A stretch of DNA of 64,000 bases from Schmidtea polychroa (Eukaryota), in NCBI GenBank assembly GCA_044892525.1, contig CM097885.1:35714001-35778000 (forward strand), written 5' to 3'. The first letter of the stretch is position 1. Each line of letters starts with the position of its first letter. A program made the position numbers and the translations under genes. Of the stretch, positions 1-11,098 are shown piece after piece. The notes under the pieces are model-generated. The model had not been told where the DNA came from. It saw nothing but the letters and a program-made list of their open reading frames with translations, and did no database searches.

Positions 1-430
1 CATTTTAATTAAGATTTTCACCAAAGTAATAATATTAAGGGCTAGTACGTGGTAGTATGCTGAGTAATTTAAATATGGCCAAACAAATATTACCCCTTTA
101 AATTTTCACCGATATCATTGACTTTTGTTTGATGACTTTTAAAGTAACGGCCTCAAGCAGAAAAATAAATATGATTAAACTTCTTTCAGAATGCTTTTAC
201 CTTTACACAATCTTCCCACATCTTTTATCTTTGAAACATCATAAGAATTTGACTAAGTTTTTAGTTTCTTTTATGGAGCTTTCTCCTAGTTATTTACTTA
301 CCAACGAGAAGTTGGAAAATCATAAATAAATTTAATTATTTTTATTTGCGGTTCACTGACTGACATGTCGTCTGTTAAACTCAGGTATTTCTTTTCTAAT
401 TAAATTGATTTATTTTTTTCAATAAATCAA

Positions 431-795
431 TTAATTTGTATTTTCTAATTTCATTTTCGTAAAATATTCTGTCAAATTCATCTTATAAATTGCATGAGGC
501 AACAGATAACCTTCATAAATTGGCATAGTGTGTGGTACACTATGTCCGGAATCTAAAACAATGTCAATAGTTCTTAAAGAATAAAGCGACAGAACAGCTT
601 GGAAAGCAAAATACATAGCAGGAGCACTGAATGTTTCAAACAGGATTTGAGTAATTTTTTTCTGTTAGCTTTTGGATTCAGTAGCGCTTTGGTAAGAAGA
701 ACTGGATGTCTTTTCGCACAATTCTCAATAAAATGAATTATGCCAGATTTTTTGCATATCATTCCAGTTAGCAACTGTCAACAATGCCGGTGATT
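431..795 (-). pseudogene. Actin-like pseudogene fragment
   Basis: Actin motifs spread over shifting frames: [73 protein letters not shown]. Contains stops and frameshifts. Confidence 0.8.
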
Positions 796-1178
796 AACAA
801 TGTTAATAATAATGAAATAAAAGGCAAAAATCAAATTATATATTTAATCTCTCGATCTTCATTCAATGCAAATGGCTCACTCGATTTCATCTCACCTCCA
901 ATGCCATAAATACTCTCATTTCATTGGATCATTTGATATTGCATTTATTAACATTTCCACTAATCAAATAGTCAGAAATTCAAAAGGATAATTAATTAGA
1001 ATTTATAAAATACCGCGAAAATTATTCAATATAGCAAAATATTTCTGGTAAAATAATCAAAATTAATTTTAATATAACTTTTTACTAGACTTATTTGAAC
1101 AATTGAGAATTTATTTTATTTAGACTTCAAAAACAAATATAAAAAATATAAAATGCATTTTGTATAGAATATATAATT

Positions 1179-1825
1179 TTAATCTCGTTCCACCCAGATG
1201 ACATCTGATGAATCTCTTCTGTGATTTCTTTTCTTTTTCCGAGAAGGCGATTTACTTCTGGATTTTTTGTGTTTTTTGCTTTTTTTCTTGGGCTTTTTCA
1301 ACTTTTTACTAGACTTATTTGAGGAATTATTGAGATGCTTCGATTGGGAAATTATTTTACAAGAGTCGCTTGAGCTTTCAGAATCTTCATTAACTGTTTG
1401 GATGGAATTTTTTAACGGAGAATAATTGATATAGGTAATGGTTTCTGGCTGTTTTCGCTGAGATGTATTTTCATAAAGATCATGAGTCCATCTATCACCT
1501 AACCCTATCCAGTCAAATAAACTAGAAGATTTTTCTTGTTTCTTTTTCTTTTCTAATATCCTTAATTCATTTTCAATTTTATAATGTCGCCTGATTTCTC
1601 TTTCTCTTTTGTCCATATGTTTGGCGATTAAAGAAGATACGTCATTTTTTTCAGAATTAGATCTCGATCGTTTTCTTTTTTTAGACTTTGATTTTAAGTA
1701 ATCTTCCCAAATTTCTTTTTCTTCTATATGCTTAACATTAAATTAAATCAAAATGAAAAAAAACTTACATTATTGTGTAAAATAGCATGCTTAATTTCGT
1801 TATTTAAAATATTTTTATAACTCAT
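1179..1825 (-). CDS. NKAPD1 (C11orf57)-like Lys/Ser/Arg-rich protein, ~202 aa, two exons (1825-1769, 1730-1179)
   Basis: ATG at 1825. A GT..AG intron at 1768-1731 joins MSYKNILNNEIKHAILHNN in frame to HIEEKEIW... and the 145-aa ORF. The N-terminus resembles NKAPD1 ([21 protein letters not shown]); also a DRWxH motif and K/S/R-rich tail. Confidence 0.65.
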
Positions 1826-2476
1826 TATAAATTATAAAGTTAAATTATAGCATAAAAATTTTTGACACTTTGTTACAGAAATAATATTTTTTAAATATTT
1901 GAATATTCTAAAATATTTAAACAAACTATTATTTTTCTAAAATAAAATTCCAACAATTAGGTTTTATAGTTTTAATTTTAAATTTTATGATTATTAAAAA
2001 GCAAAGCTACATTTACGATATATTTCAAAAAATTTTTAATTTAATTCAATTAATTAATTTGTTTAATTTTAAGTATTTTGAATATATATAAATATTTATA
2101 GAAGTTGTAAAATATTTTATTATAAATTTTGTTTTAATTGTTCGTAAGTGCTCACATTTCACACTAGTTGAAGTTCTTTTTGTTGCATTACGCTCCTCAC
2201 CAAACATTATGTTACAAAGGCTACACTTTCAGTTTTACTTTTTTATTTTAAATAGTAATGTTATGATTATTAACTGACTTAATTTCTAATTTCATCATAG
2301 TAAACAATTGTTGGGTCAGAAAGTAAGTAATTAAAATGTTCAATTAAAACTAAATATGTAATAGTAATTAAAACAGGACGTTGAAGCAGTCAACATAAGC
2401 ATTTTTGGCTGAATACAGTAAGCCATATCCTTGATTAAACTAATTTTTTTTTAAAAATAACAAACACCACTAACCA

Positions 2477-3337
2477 ATGCAAACAAACACAAACGACCCC
2501 TTTCGACAAAAAAACACCACATCAACGAACGACAACACTAACCCTCATATCAACCCATTTTCCATAAATTCTATTATTAACCCAAAACAGAACATTCCAA
2601 ACTGCTTCACGGACGAAAATAGAACCCCGCGAAAATGACTAGACTTCGCAAAATTAGCTTTAACACTATCAGGCGTAAAGTTGACAAAAACCTTATGTTA
2701 AAAAATAATCACAGCCCTCCCCAGCAACAAACTCAATGAAATTGCAGACCAAGTAGATGAAATCTCAAAAAGTGAGGACCCTTATGACAAACTATGTCAC
2801 ATACTAATATCAAAAAACAAAAGACAAATGTTGGAGTCCTGCTTAAACAACACACAATTAGGGGACAATAAACCTTCCGATTTCCTCAGACAACTAAAGC
2901 ATAAATTGGAGCAACCAAATATCACCAGTTCAGGATCAAACGAAATGGTTAAAAAATTATTCCTGCGCGCTATGCCACAAGAAATACGATTAATCTTAGC
3001 CGCAAATTACAAGGCAGACATAGAAACACTAGCAGAAATAGCAGATCAAATCAACGAAGAAATTAACCCCACAATCTACAGCACCCAAAAACAGTACAAA
3101 AACCAATTATACCGCAACGAACAAACAACAAACAATAAGAACAAAAATTCCGAAATAAAAGAATTCATAACCAACCTCATGAGCTCACTGATCCGCAAAT
3201 TCGATGAAGTAATGATGGAAAACAAACAAATTAAACGTGAACTCGCCGAAATAAAAGAAAAAACCCAAAGACAACCGTCCACCAAACTATTATATCAGAA
3301 ATCGGTCAGATTCACGAAACTGGAAAAACAAAATTAA
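2477..3337 (+). pseudogene. Gypsy gag (degenerate)
   Basis: DPYDKLCHIL...LNNTQLGDNKPSDFLRQL...KKLFLRAMPQEIRLILAA...LAEIADQI, typical of CsRn1/Mag-type Gag. Upstream part has stops. Confidence 0.8.
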
Positions 3338-3397
3338 AGATGAAATTTGCTACTACCACCAAAGGATCGGGAACAAAGCATAAAAATGCAATAACTC

Positions 3398-3686
3398 GTG
3401 CAACTACAAAACACAGGAAAACTGATGAAGTCGCCATTAATCGCACCGACATTTGGCGACAAAAACAAAACATTCACGGTGCATTCACAAAAAAGCAATT
3501 TCCTGATTGATACAGGTTCCATCATCTCCCTATTAACCCACAAAATGTTCAAAAACCTAAAAACAACAAACGACAAACTTAACGCAGCTAACGGTACCAA
3601 CATAAGTAGATTCGGACAATACACTACGACAATAACAATCAACAACAAAGAATACAGCTGGTCGTTTACTATAGCCGAGGTACAAC
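3398..3686 (+). pseudogene. Gypsy aspartic protease, 5' part (cut by the Polinton)
   Basis: FLIDTGSIISLL active-site motif, LNAANGTNI, and WSFTIAEVQ, which continues as QPIIGADFL after 17180. Confidence 0.9.
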
Positions 3687-3950
3687 AGTGGATGAATGGC
3701 CTTCACGGACCCAACCCTCCCTAGCCTCCAACCCCAAGACTCTTCCCACCCATACTAAAAAACTAAACTTTTTCATCTTTTAACCCCTATTTTACATCTT
3801 TTATTCATAAAAACCCTCAAATACACGAACCCAACCCTCCAACCCAACCAAGGAAACAAAGTGATTGAAGTGGGAAACTTGAAAAGGGTAATCTCCGTGA
3901 AGGCCATTCATCCACTACTCTAAAATATAAAAAATTTAAATCTTAAAAAC
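3687..3950 (+). repeat. Polinton left TIR (~265 bp)
   Basis: Reverse complement of 16906-17174, with only a few substitutions and indels. Confidence 0.95.
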
Positions 3951-3971
3951 CTCATAAAATATATTTAAAAA

Positions 3972-5262
3972 ATGAACAACACAAATCTCAAAATTCAAAA
4001 TAAAAATAAATTAAATCTTGATTACAATAAAGAGTTTATGCAAGAAATAAAAAAAATTGATATTTTAAAAATATCACCAACTTCAGGATCTATTGCAAAC
4101 TTAAATCGTTCAGGTGATATAATTTTTCAATCTCTTCAAACATCATACCCTATAGATATTTGTAATGCTAAATTATATTATAAAATTGAATTAGAAATTG
4201 AACCAAACAAAGATATAACTCTAGAAAACAATTTCTTTCCAAATTTATTCAACAACATGAGATTAAAACTAGGATCATCAGAAATTGAAACTGTTTTGCA
4301 TCCGGGGGTATATTCTACAATGTTAAATTTTGTTTTGACTGGTTGTGATTATAAAAATGAATATGGTGAATTAGCAGGTTGGATTCCTGATGTTAATAAA
4401 GGGGATTTAGACAAAGATGGTTTAGATATAAATTATGGTTACCATAAAAGAGTTGAACTTTATAAATCTAAAAAATTTGAAGGTTATTTTGAACTAAAAT
4501 ACTTATTTGGATTCCTTCAAAACTATAACCATATACTTCATAATGATTTTATAGAATTAGTTTGTAATAGACTAGAAGGTGATAAAAGATTGTTCTATGG
4601 AGGTGTAGATACAAAAGCTAAATTAAAATTAAAAACACTTGAATTACATATACCCGAATGGACATTAAACCCACATTCTGAAATCAAACTCCTTGAAAGA
4701 TTAAATTCCAACAAATCTATAAATGTAAATTATTTAAATAGAATATGTGGTGAATTTAGTATGACAGAGGGTTCAACATATTCTATAAAGGTAGCAAATT
4801 TAGCATACCGACCAAGATATATCTTGATTGGATTCAAAGAAACAGATTCATCTTTCCAAAAAAATAACAACTGTTTATTCAAAAGATTGGAAATGATAAT
4901 TTAAAAACAATACAAATTCAATTAAATAGTTCTTATTATCCAATAAATTGAATGGAATTTAATATTGAAAATAATGAAAACATATTCCCATATCTAAATT
5001 ATATTGAAACATGTTATGATTTGAACCACAATTAAGTTTAGAAGATTTCAAAAATGTATATTCTATATTTTGTATAAATGTTTCTGATCAAGATGATGAC
5101 CTTGCTATAAATAATGTTGATGTTACACTTCATATAACAAAGGATTCTAATTTTAAAGCTAAAATATATACATTAATATTAGAAGAAAAGAAAATAGAAA
5201 GGAAATTATATGGTGGAAAGATTTCAATAATTGAAAATGTACGAGGTGATGCACAAAATTAA
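3972..5262 (+). pseudogene. Polinton major capsid protein (double jelly-roll, PY/hexon), disrupted near the C-terminus
   Basis: 310-aa ORF (LNRSGDIIF, LENNFFPNLFNNMRLKLG, ELKYLFGFLQNY, RPRYILIGF). It continues after a frameshift at ~4875 as LKTIQIQLNSSYYP...YSIFCINVSDQ, with a further stop and frameshift, to TAA at 5260-5262. Confidence 0.85.
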
Positions 5263-5279
5263 AAATATCTCTATATAAA

Positions 5280-6731
5280 ATGTCTCTAAATAAATCCTAT
5301 TATTGACGTGAAATTTGTAATTGTCAAGTTACAAGACATCATAAAGCAAGCCATGTTAAAACTAAAAAACATATACTTAGATCTAAACTAGCAATAAAGA
5401 CCTTAGAACCCAATTCTTCAAGTAGATTTATTTTTGAGAATCAACTCTTTGAGAATCAACTCTTTGAGGGTGGTGACCTACAATCTTCAAAAACAACATC
5501 CACAATATTGAAACCCTTTACTACTGAAAAATATCCAGGTGAAAGACATTTATTTAAACACAACTATACTGGACCAGGAACACGTCTAGATATTAGATTA
5601 GATGAAAATAATAATCCTAAACAAGGAGAAGAACCAATAAATAGAATTGATCAAGCAGCTTTAAAACATGATATTGCTTACAATTCAACAAATCTTAGAG
5701 ATAGACACATTGCTGATGTGAATTTAATACATGATTTAAATAATATCCAAAACCCATCAACCCAAGAAAAGATTCAAAGAGCTCTAGTTAAATTAGCAAT
5801 GAAAGGTAAGATTTTCTTTGGCTCAGGACTTCTTAGAATAGCAAAAGATGTTGCTAATAAAAAGATTATTCAGCAAGCAGACACTGAGAATCAACTCTCT
5901 GATTCTACAAATTTACAAACCCCAACAGAATCGCAAATAAAATATGCCAACGAATTACACCATGAATTTAGAAAAAATAAAAAATATTTAAAAGTTCAAG
6001 TACATGAAAAAGATCAAACATGGTCTGCTGATTTAGTCTTTATGCCAACCAAATCATCAGACCCTGAAAAATATAAAATAATTTTAACAGTAATAGATTT
6101 ATATACAAGATTTGCTTTTGCAAGATGTTTAGAAACCAAAACAGGATATTCTATTACAGAAGCATTTGAAAATATATTTGAAGAAAATCAAAGAATCCCA
6201 AAATATTTATGGTGTGATAAAGGAACAGAATTTTACAACAAAGTTTTTACAAAGTTTTTAAATGAAAATGATATTAAATTATATTCAACAGAAAACGAAG
6301 GAAAAGCAGTTGTAGTTGAAAGATTAAATAGAACATTAAAAAATAAAATGTGGAAATATTTTACTGCTATTGGAAAACAAAAATGGAACAATGAATTGTT
6401 ACAAAAGATTGTAAATGAATATAATAATGATGTACATAGTTCTATAAAATCAACACCTTTAAATGCTTCCTTGAATCCTTTAAAACTTATGAATCCTGAA
6501 ACCGTTAAAGTGGTAAATGAAAAACCAAAGTTTAAAATTGGCGACCGAGTAAGAATATTTAAATATAAAAATAAATTTGAAAAAGGATTCACAGCAAAAT
6601 GGACAAATGAAATTTTTATTATAAATAAAATACATTATACAATTCCAATAACATATAGCATCATTGATTTAAATAATGAAAAAATATTAGGTAGATTTTA
6701 TAATAATGAACTACAGAAAACAGATTTCTAA
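5280..6731 (+). CDS. Zn-finger / parvovirus-type phospholipase A2 / retroviral-like (rve) integrase fusion; one TGA at 5304
   Basis: PLA2 Ca loop HNYTGPGT and catalytic DQAALKHDIAY. Integrase DDE motifs WSADLVFM, LWCDKGTEF, VERLNRTLK. ATG 5280 is in the same frame and gives YY*REICNC...HVKTKKH. Confidence 0.92.
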
Positions 6732-6735
6732 CCCC

Positions 6736-7520
6736 TTAAAATAAACTTTTCCATATTTCAGTCTCTTCTCTATCCAAATAAATATAATTATATTTTTCTT
6801 TCCAATGATTATCAACAAACATATCAAACATGTGCTTATCAGGTTCAACATTTGAAAATAAATCACTATAAATCATATTCTTATCACGCTTATCTAATTT
6901 AAAAAATATAAAACAATTAGAATTATTTCTTATAGAGTTTTTATCTAAAGCATAATAAGTTTGAGATATATAAATAACATTACAATTATTATGTCTCCCT
7001 CGTGTAAAATAACTCTTTTGAATCTCTTGATTTTTCATATTAACAACATCATCAAATATAACTAGATTCTTTTTATCTTTAGGAAGTAAATCACAATGTA
7101 AAACATCTTCAGGTTTATTAGAGAATAAAACTTGAATTGCCTCACCTTCATAGATTAATCATTTTTATTAATAATATCTGATTCTAAAATCTTTTTCTTA
7201 TACCAATCAATCATATCACAAGGCTGAAAAACCTCTTCAGGACATCTATGTTGATTTTTAAAAATATCAATTATGGCTTTTTTAGTTAATTTATTTTCAA
7301 ATCCACATTTCAAAAGTTGTAATTCTGGTTGATTTATGGTCGTAGAATAAAAGATTAAATTATTATAATCTAAAAAACCATCTTCAAGCAACATTCTCAA
7401 AAGAAGTACATTCTTACCACATCCAGAAGAACTAACAATTAATAATCTAAAATTATCAGGAAATAATTTATTATTAAATTTAGATTTATGTCGAGTTAAA
7501 ATTGGTTTCCAAATATCCAT
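6736..7520 (-). pseudogene. A32/FtsK-like DNA packaging ATPase (frameshift at ~7155)
   Basis: Walker A region LLIVSSSGCGKN, Walker B KNLVIFDDV (~7045-7075), and FTRGRHNNCNVIYISQ...IRNN motif. Confidence 0.9.
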
Positions 7521-7536
7521 TTTTATTTATTATAAA

Positions 7537-8063
7537 ATGACAACTGAAGTATCTTTACAAGAATTAATAAATTCAATTAAAATTAATCAGTTGTAATCGA
7601 TGGTAAAAAATATTTTATTGGAAAACATGTAAAAGAACAAGTTAAAGAGAAACTAAAGGAGCAAGCTAAAGAAGGTGGTATTCTTCCTCTAGCAGCTTTA
7701 ATACCTGCAATCATTGCAGGTTTATCAGGTGCTGCTGGAATAGCTGGAGGAATTGCAACTACAGTTCAAAAAGCTAAAGAATCTCAAAAGACAGACCTAG
7801 AAAAAGAAAAATTACAAACTGAAATTGATTCAATGAAAAAGAAGGGTAAGGGGTTATATCTCAATCCTTATAAAGGTAGAGGTTTAAATGATTTTTTAAA
7901 AAATCAAATTTCTACATCTAAATCTTTATCTTCAAAAGATAAAGATGATTTAAAAAAAATATGTAAATCTTTAAAGAATGGATGTGTTTGTAAACTTAAA
8001 AATGGTAAAGGATTGTATTTAAAACCTTGGAAGGAACAAGAAAATGGTATAAATTTAAATTGA
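7537..8063 (+). CDS. Adenovirus pX/mu-like core or membrane-active protein (frameshift at ~7590)
   Basis: The frame upstream of the 76-aa ORF reads KEGGILPLAALIPAIIAGLSGAAGIAGGIA, similar to adenovirus pX (RGGILPLLIPLIAAAIGA). It is followed by repeated GKGLYLxP motifs. Confidence 0.7.
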
Positions 8064-8085
8064 TAGTATTTTATATACTATAAAA

Positions 8086-8854
8086 ATGGTATACGAAGAA
8101 AGATTAGCACTTTTAAAAAAAATTACAATCAGAAAAAGACATCTATAATAAAAAAGATACGGCTCAACACACCGAATCTATAATATTAAATGAGGTAATG
8201 ACGCAACAACAACAACCAACAATTAAAGCTATAAAAGGATTAGAATCTCTAAAATCTAAAGAGTTGGAAGATAAAAAACAACAAAAAGAATTGGAGTGGC
8301 ATGAAGATGAAATGATTTTAAAACCTCTTAAAGTTGATCCTAAAATTAGAGAGGGTTTAAGTGATTCAATTAGACCCATATTTAATACTAATGCTAAAGG
8401 ATATACAATAATAACAATTAATAAACAAAACTTTACTTTATTATATACATCTTCAGAAGATAAACCACGTTTTCGTTCACAAAATCTTTATAATAATGAA
8501 TACTTAGACTTTGAATTTACAGATGATTTTTATAGATTAATTTGTGGATATCCTTCAGATGATATTAAAAAAATTGAAAAATATTTAAATTTAATAAAAT
8601 TAGTAGGTGGTAGTTCAAAAGCAAAATATATTCAAGATTTAAAGAATTATTTAAATAAAAATGAAAGGGGTTATATTGTTAAAGAAGGTGAGGGATTAAA
8701 CCCAATCAATCTTTTTATTGAATTAAGAAAACTATTAGCAGCTAAAAAAGCAGGACATAATAATTTAGATTCTGATATTTTAAAGATTTCTAAAGAATTA
8801 TTAAAACAAGGAATAATTTCAAAAGATAAATTTAATAAATATATAAATGACTAG
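8086..8854 (+). CDS. Conserved Polinton protein (PZ-like); probable 5' frameshift
   Basis: C-terminal ELRKLLAAKKAGHNN...ISKELLKQGII motif, recalled from Polinton proteins next to the protease. TATAAAAATG at 8086; main ORF 8198-8854. Confidence 0.55.
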
Positions 8855-9350
8855 TCCTCCGAAGGCAGTTCCGAAGGTTTTCTCAATATTAGATTTTTTA
8901 AAAACATTTGGAATAAATACAAAAACAAATTTTGATTTAAAAGATTATGCAGACTATTTAAATTTAAAAATTAAAATATTAATGAATGATGAATTATCGA
9001 GTTTGAAAGGTTCGAAGATCAAAGACACAAAGGTTCGAAGATCAGTGAATAATATAATAATTAATTATCAAGATTCAAATGAAAAGGGATCTCATTGGGT
9101 TTGTATATATAATAAATCTATGGACGAAGTCCCACTATACTTTGATTCTTTTGGGATTAAACCCACTAAAGAAGTAGAAGACTATCTTGAAAAAAATTAT
9201 ACTTTTAATTCTTTACAAGTTCAACCTAATAATACTAAAATATGTGGTATTACAAGTTTATATGTTTTGTATAGATTGAATAATTCAAAAGGGGATGGTT
9301 TTGAATCTATAATCCAAGAAATTTATAATAATCTAAAGTCTCTATTATAA
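8847..9350 (+). CDS. Adenain-like cysteine maturation protease
   Basis: IINYQDSNEKGSHWVC (His), YFDSFG (Asp), QVQPNNTKICG (Gln, Cys). Confidence 0.92.
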   Translation: MTSPPKAVPKVFSILDFLKTFGINTKTNFDLKDYADYLNLKIKILMNDELSSLKGSKIKDTKVRRSVNNIIINYQDSNEKGSHWVCIYNKSMDEVPLYFDSFGIKPTKEVEDYLEKNYTFNSLQVQPNNTKICGITSLYVLYRLNNSKGDGFESIIQEIYNNLKSLL

Positions 9351-9380
9351 CTATAAAAAAATGGAAGATAATTTAAAAAA

Positions 9381-10127
9381 ATGGTAAACATAATGTCAGA
9401 TAAATATTCAAGAAGTTTATTAATAAATTCAAATGAATCAAATTTTACTATAAATTTTGAAGATTCAATAAATTTAGATCAAAATTTAAATTATGAATTA
9501 GGACTCTTGTGGTTTAGCTGTTTTAATACTATTTTTAATATAAATATTAATAATAATAAATTTACTATAGTTAAGAGGGATATTAACCCCAAGACAATGA
9601 AAAATAGTGTATTTGAAGAACACGACACTATAACAATCGAACCAGGATTATATGAATTAATGGATTTAGCTAAAACAATTCTAAAAGAAACAAATGGAAA
9701 TGTAGAAATAAAAGTAGATATTCAAACTTCAAAATGTATTACAACTTTAAAAAATGTTGGACTTGCTGTTACTATTTCTAGTTTCTTTCATACTATTTTA
9801 GGTTTTGAAGTCAGAGAATATCCACCATCAACTATTAAATCTAAAAATATTATACAAATAACAAATATAAATTCTATAAATATAGAGTGTGATTGTATAA
9901 TGGGATCATACAATAATGGTAAACATGCAAATATTTTATATTCCTTTCCTTCCAATGTTGTTCGAGTTGGATATAAAATTGTTGAAAGAATGAACCCCCC
10001 AAACTACTTACCTTTATGTAGAAAAAACATAATGAATATTAGTTTTAGAATTGTTGATGAAAATGGAGAATTAATTAATTTTAATGGAGAAAAGATTTCA
10101 ATGTGTTTACATTTGAAACAAGTCTAG
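9381..10127 (+). CDS. Polinton minor capsid protein (penton, PX)
   Basis: FTINFEDSINL..YELGL, INIECDCIMGSYNNG..ILYSF, YLPL..ISFRIVDENGELINFNGEKI..LHLK. The true start may be ATG 9361 with a 1-nt slip in an A run. Confidence 0.85.
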   Translation: MVNIMSDKYSRSLLINSNESNFTINFEDSINLDQNLNYELGLLWFSCFNTIFNININNNKFTIVKRDINPKTMKNSVFEEHDTITIEPGLYELMDLAKTILKETNGNVEIKVDIQTSKCITTLKNVGLAVTISSFFHTILGFEVREYPPSTIKSKNIIQITNINSINIECDCIMGSYNNGKHANILYSFPSNVVRVGYKIVERMNPPNYLPLCRKNIMNISFRIVDENGELINFNGEKISMCLHLKQV

Positions 10128-10145
10128 ATTTTTATTACTATAAAA

Positions 10146-11081
10146 ATGAATTATAATAATTTTAATAAGTTGGGATTATATAATGATGGATTAAAAGATG
10201 AAGATGTTATATCTCTTACAGAAAAAAGATTTGTTAATGAAAAAGGAGATTCAATGAAGGGTGATTTAATTTTAAATGGACACCAGATAAAAGAATTATC
10301 TTCTCCAATTAATGATTTTGATGCAACTAATAAAATATATGTAGATGTAGTTGTTAAAAATTATACTGATTTAACAACAACAAGAATTGATTCAATGGAA
10401 TCCAAATTTAATAAATTACAAACCCAATTAAATGAAGAAGCTAAAAAGATAGCCAAAGAAAAAAATAAAAGACTTGTGGATAAACAACTTATGGATAATA
10501 AAATTAATACAATATATAATATAATAAATGAGATGATTACATCGTTTAATAAAAGATTTGTTAAATTAGAGTCTCATACAACACACATTAACACAACACA
10601 CACTATTAGAAAAAGAGCGGCTGAATTAGAACAGAATAATATATTATTACCCAATGCATATAAACATTTTATAGAATCAACTTTAATAATAACAAATAGT
10701 AAAGAATGGTCTTGTTTTATGGTTGAAAAGATTATTGATCCTTATTTCTTTTTATTTAATGATGATGATGAAACAATGAAATGGTTTGTTAAATGTGATT
10801 ATAATAGTAAGTTTGAAAAGGGTGATGTTATAATAACTGGTTATGATTTACCACATGGACATTGGCATGATAATACTGATTCATATAAAACACATAAAGT
10901 TAAAAGTAAGAATATTATTTTTAAAAGCACACTTGTGCATTATATAGATTTAATATTTTATGAAAAAAAGGTTGATGTTGATCAAGTTCGTAAAGCGTTG
11001 TATAAAGACATTCTCTCAACAAGAATTTCTTATGATATGCGAGTGTTGGTACCAGATAATAAAGTCTTGTTGAGAGTTTAA
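10146..11081 (+). CDS. Putative fibre/spike protein
   Basis: GDSMKGDLILNGHQIKEL..P....DATNKIYVD fibre-type motif, then a coiled coil and a globular C-terminus. Lies directly after the penton gene. Confidence 0.55.
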   Translation: MNYNNFNKLGLYNDGLKDEDVISLTEKRFVNEKGDSMKGDLILNGHQIKELSSPINDFDATNKIYVDVVVKNYTDLTTTRIDSMESKFNKLQTQLNEEAKKIAKEKNKRLVDKQLMDNKINTIYNIINEMITSFNKRFVKLESHTTHINTTHTIRKRAAELEQNNILLPNAYKHFIESTLIITNSKEWSCFMVEKIIDPYFFLFNDDDETMKWFVKCDYNSKFEKGDVIITGYDLPHGHWHDNTDSYKTHKVKSKNIIFKSTLVHYIDLIFYEKKVDVDQVRKALYKDILSTRISYDMRVLVPDNKVLLRV

Positions 11082-11098
11082 GTTTTTTTATTATTAAA

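Noticed and set aside
3687..3724. C-terminus WMNGLHGPNPP of ORF 3398-3724
   Set aside because: Read-through from the Gypsy protease into the Polinton TIR.
6233..6592. Antisense ORFs over integrase, pPolB, Merlin and Penelope genes
   Set aside because: Shadow frames of recognised genes with no motifs of their own.
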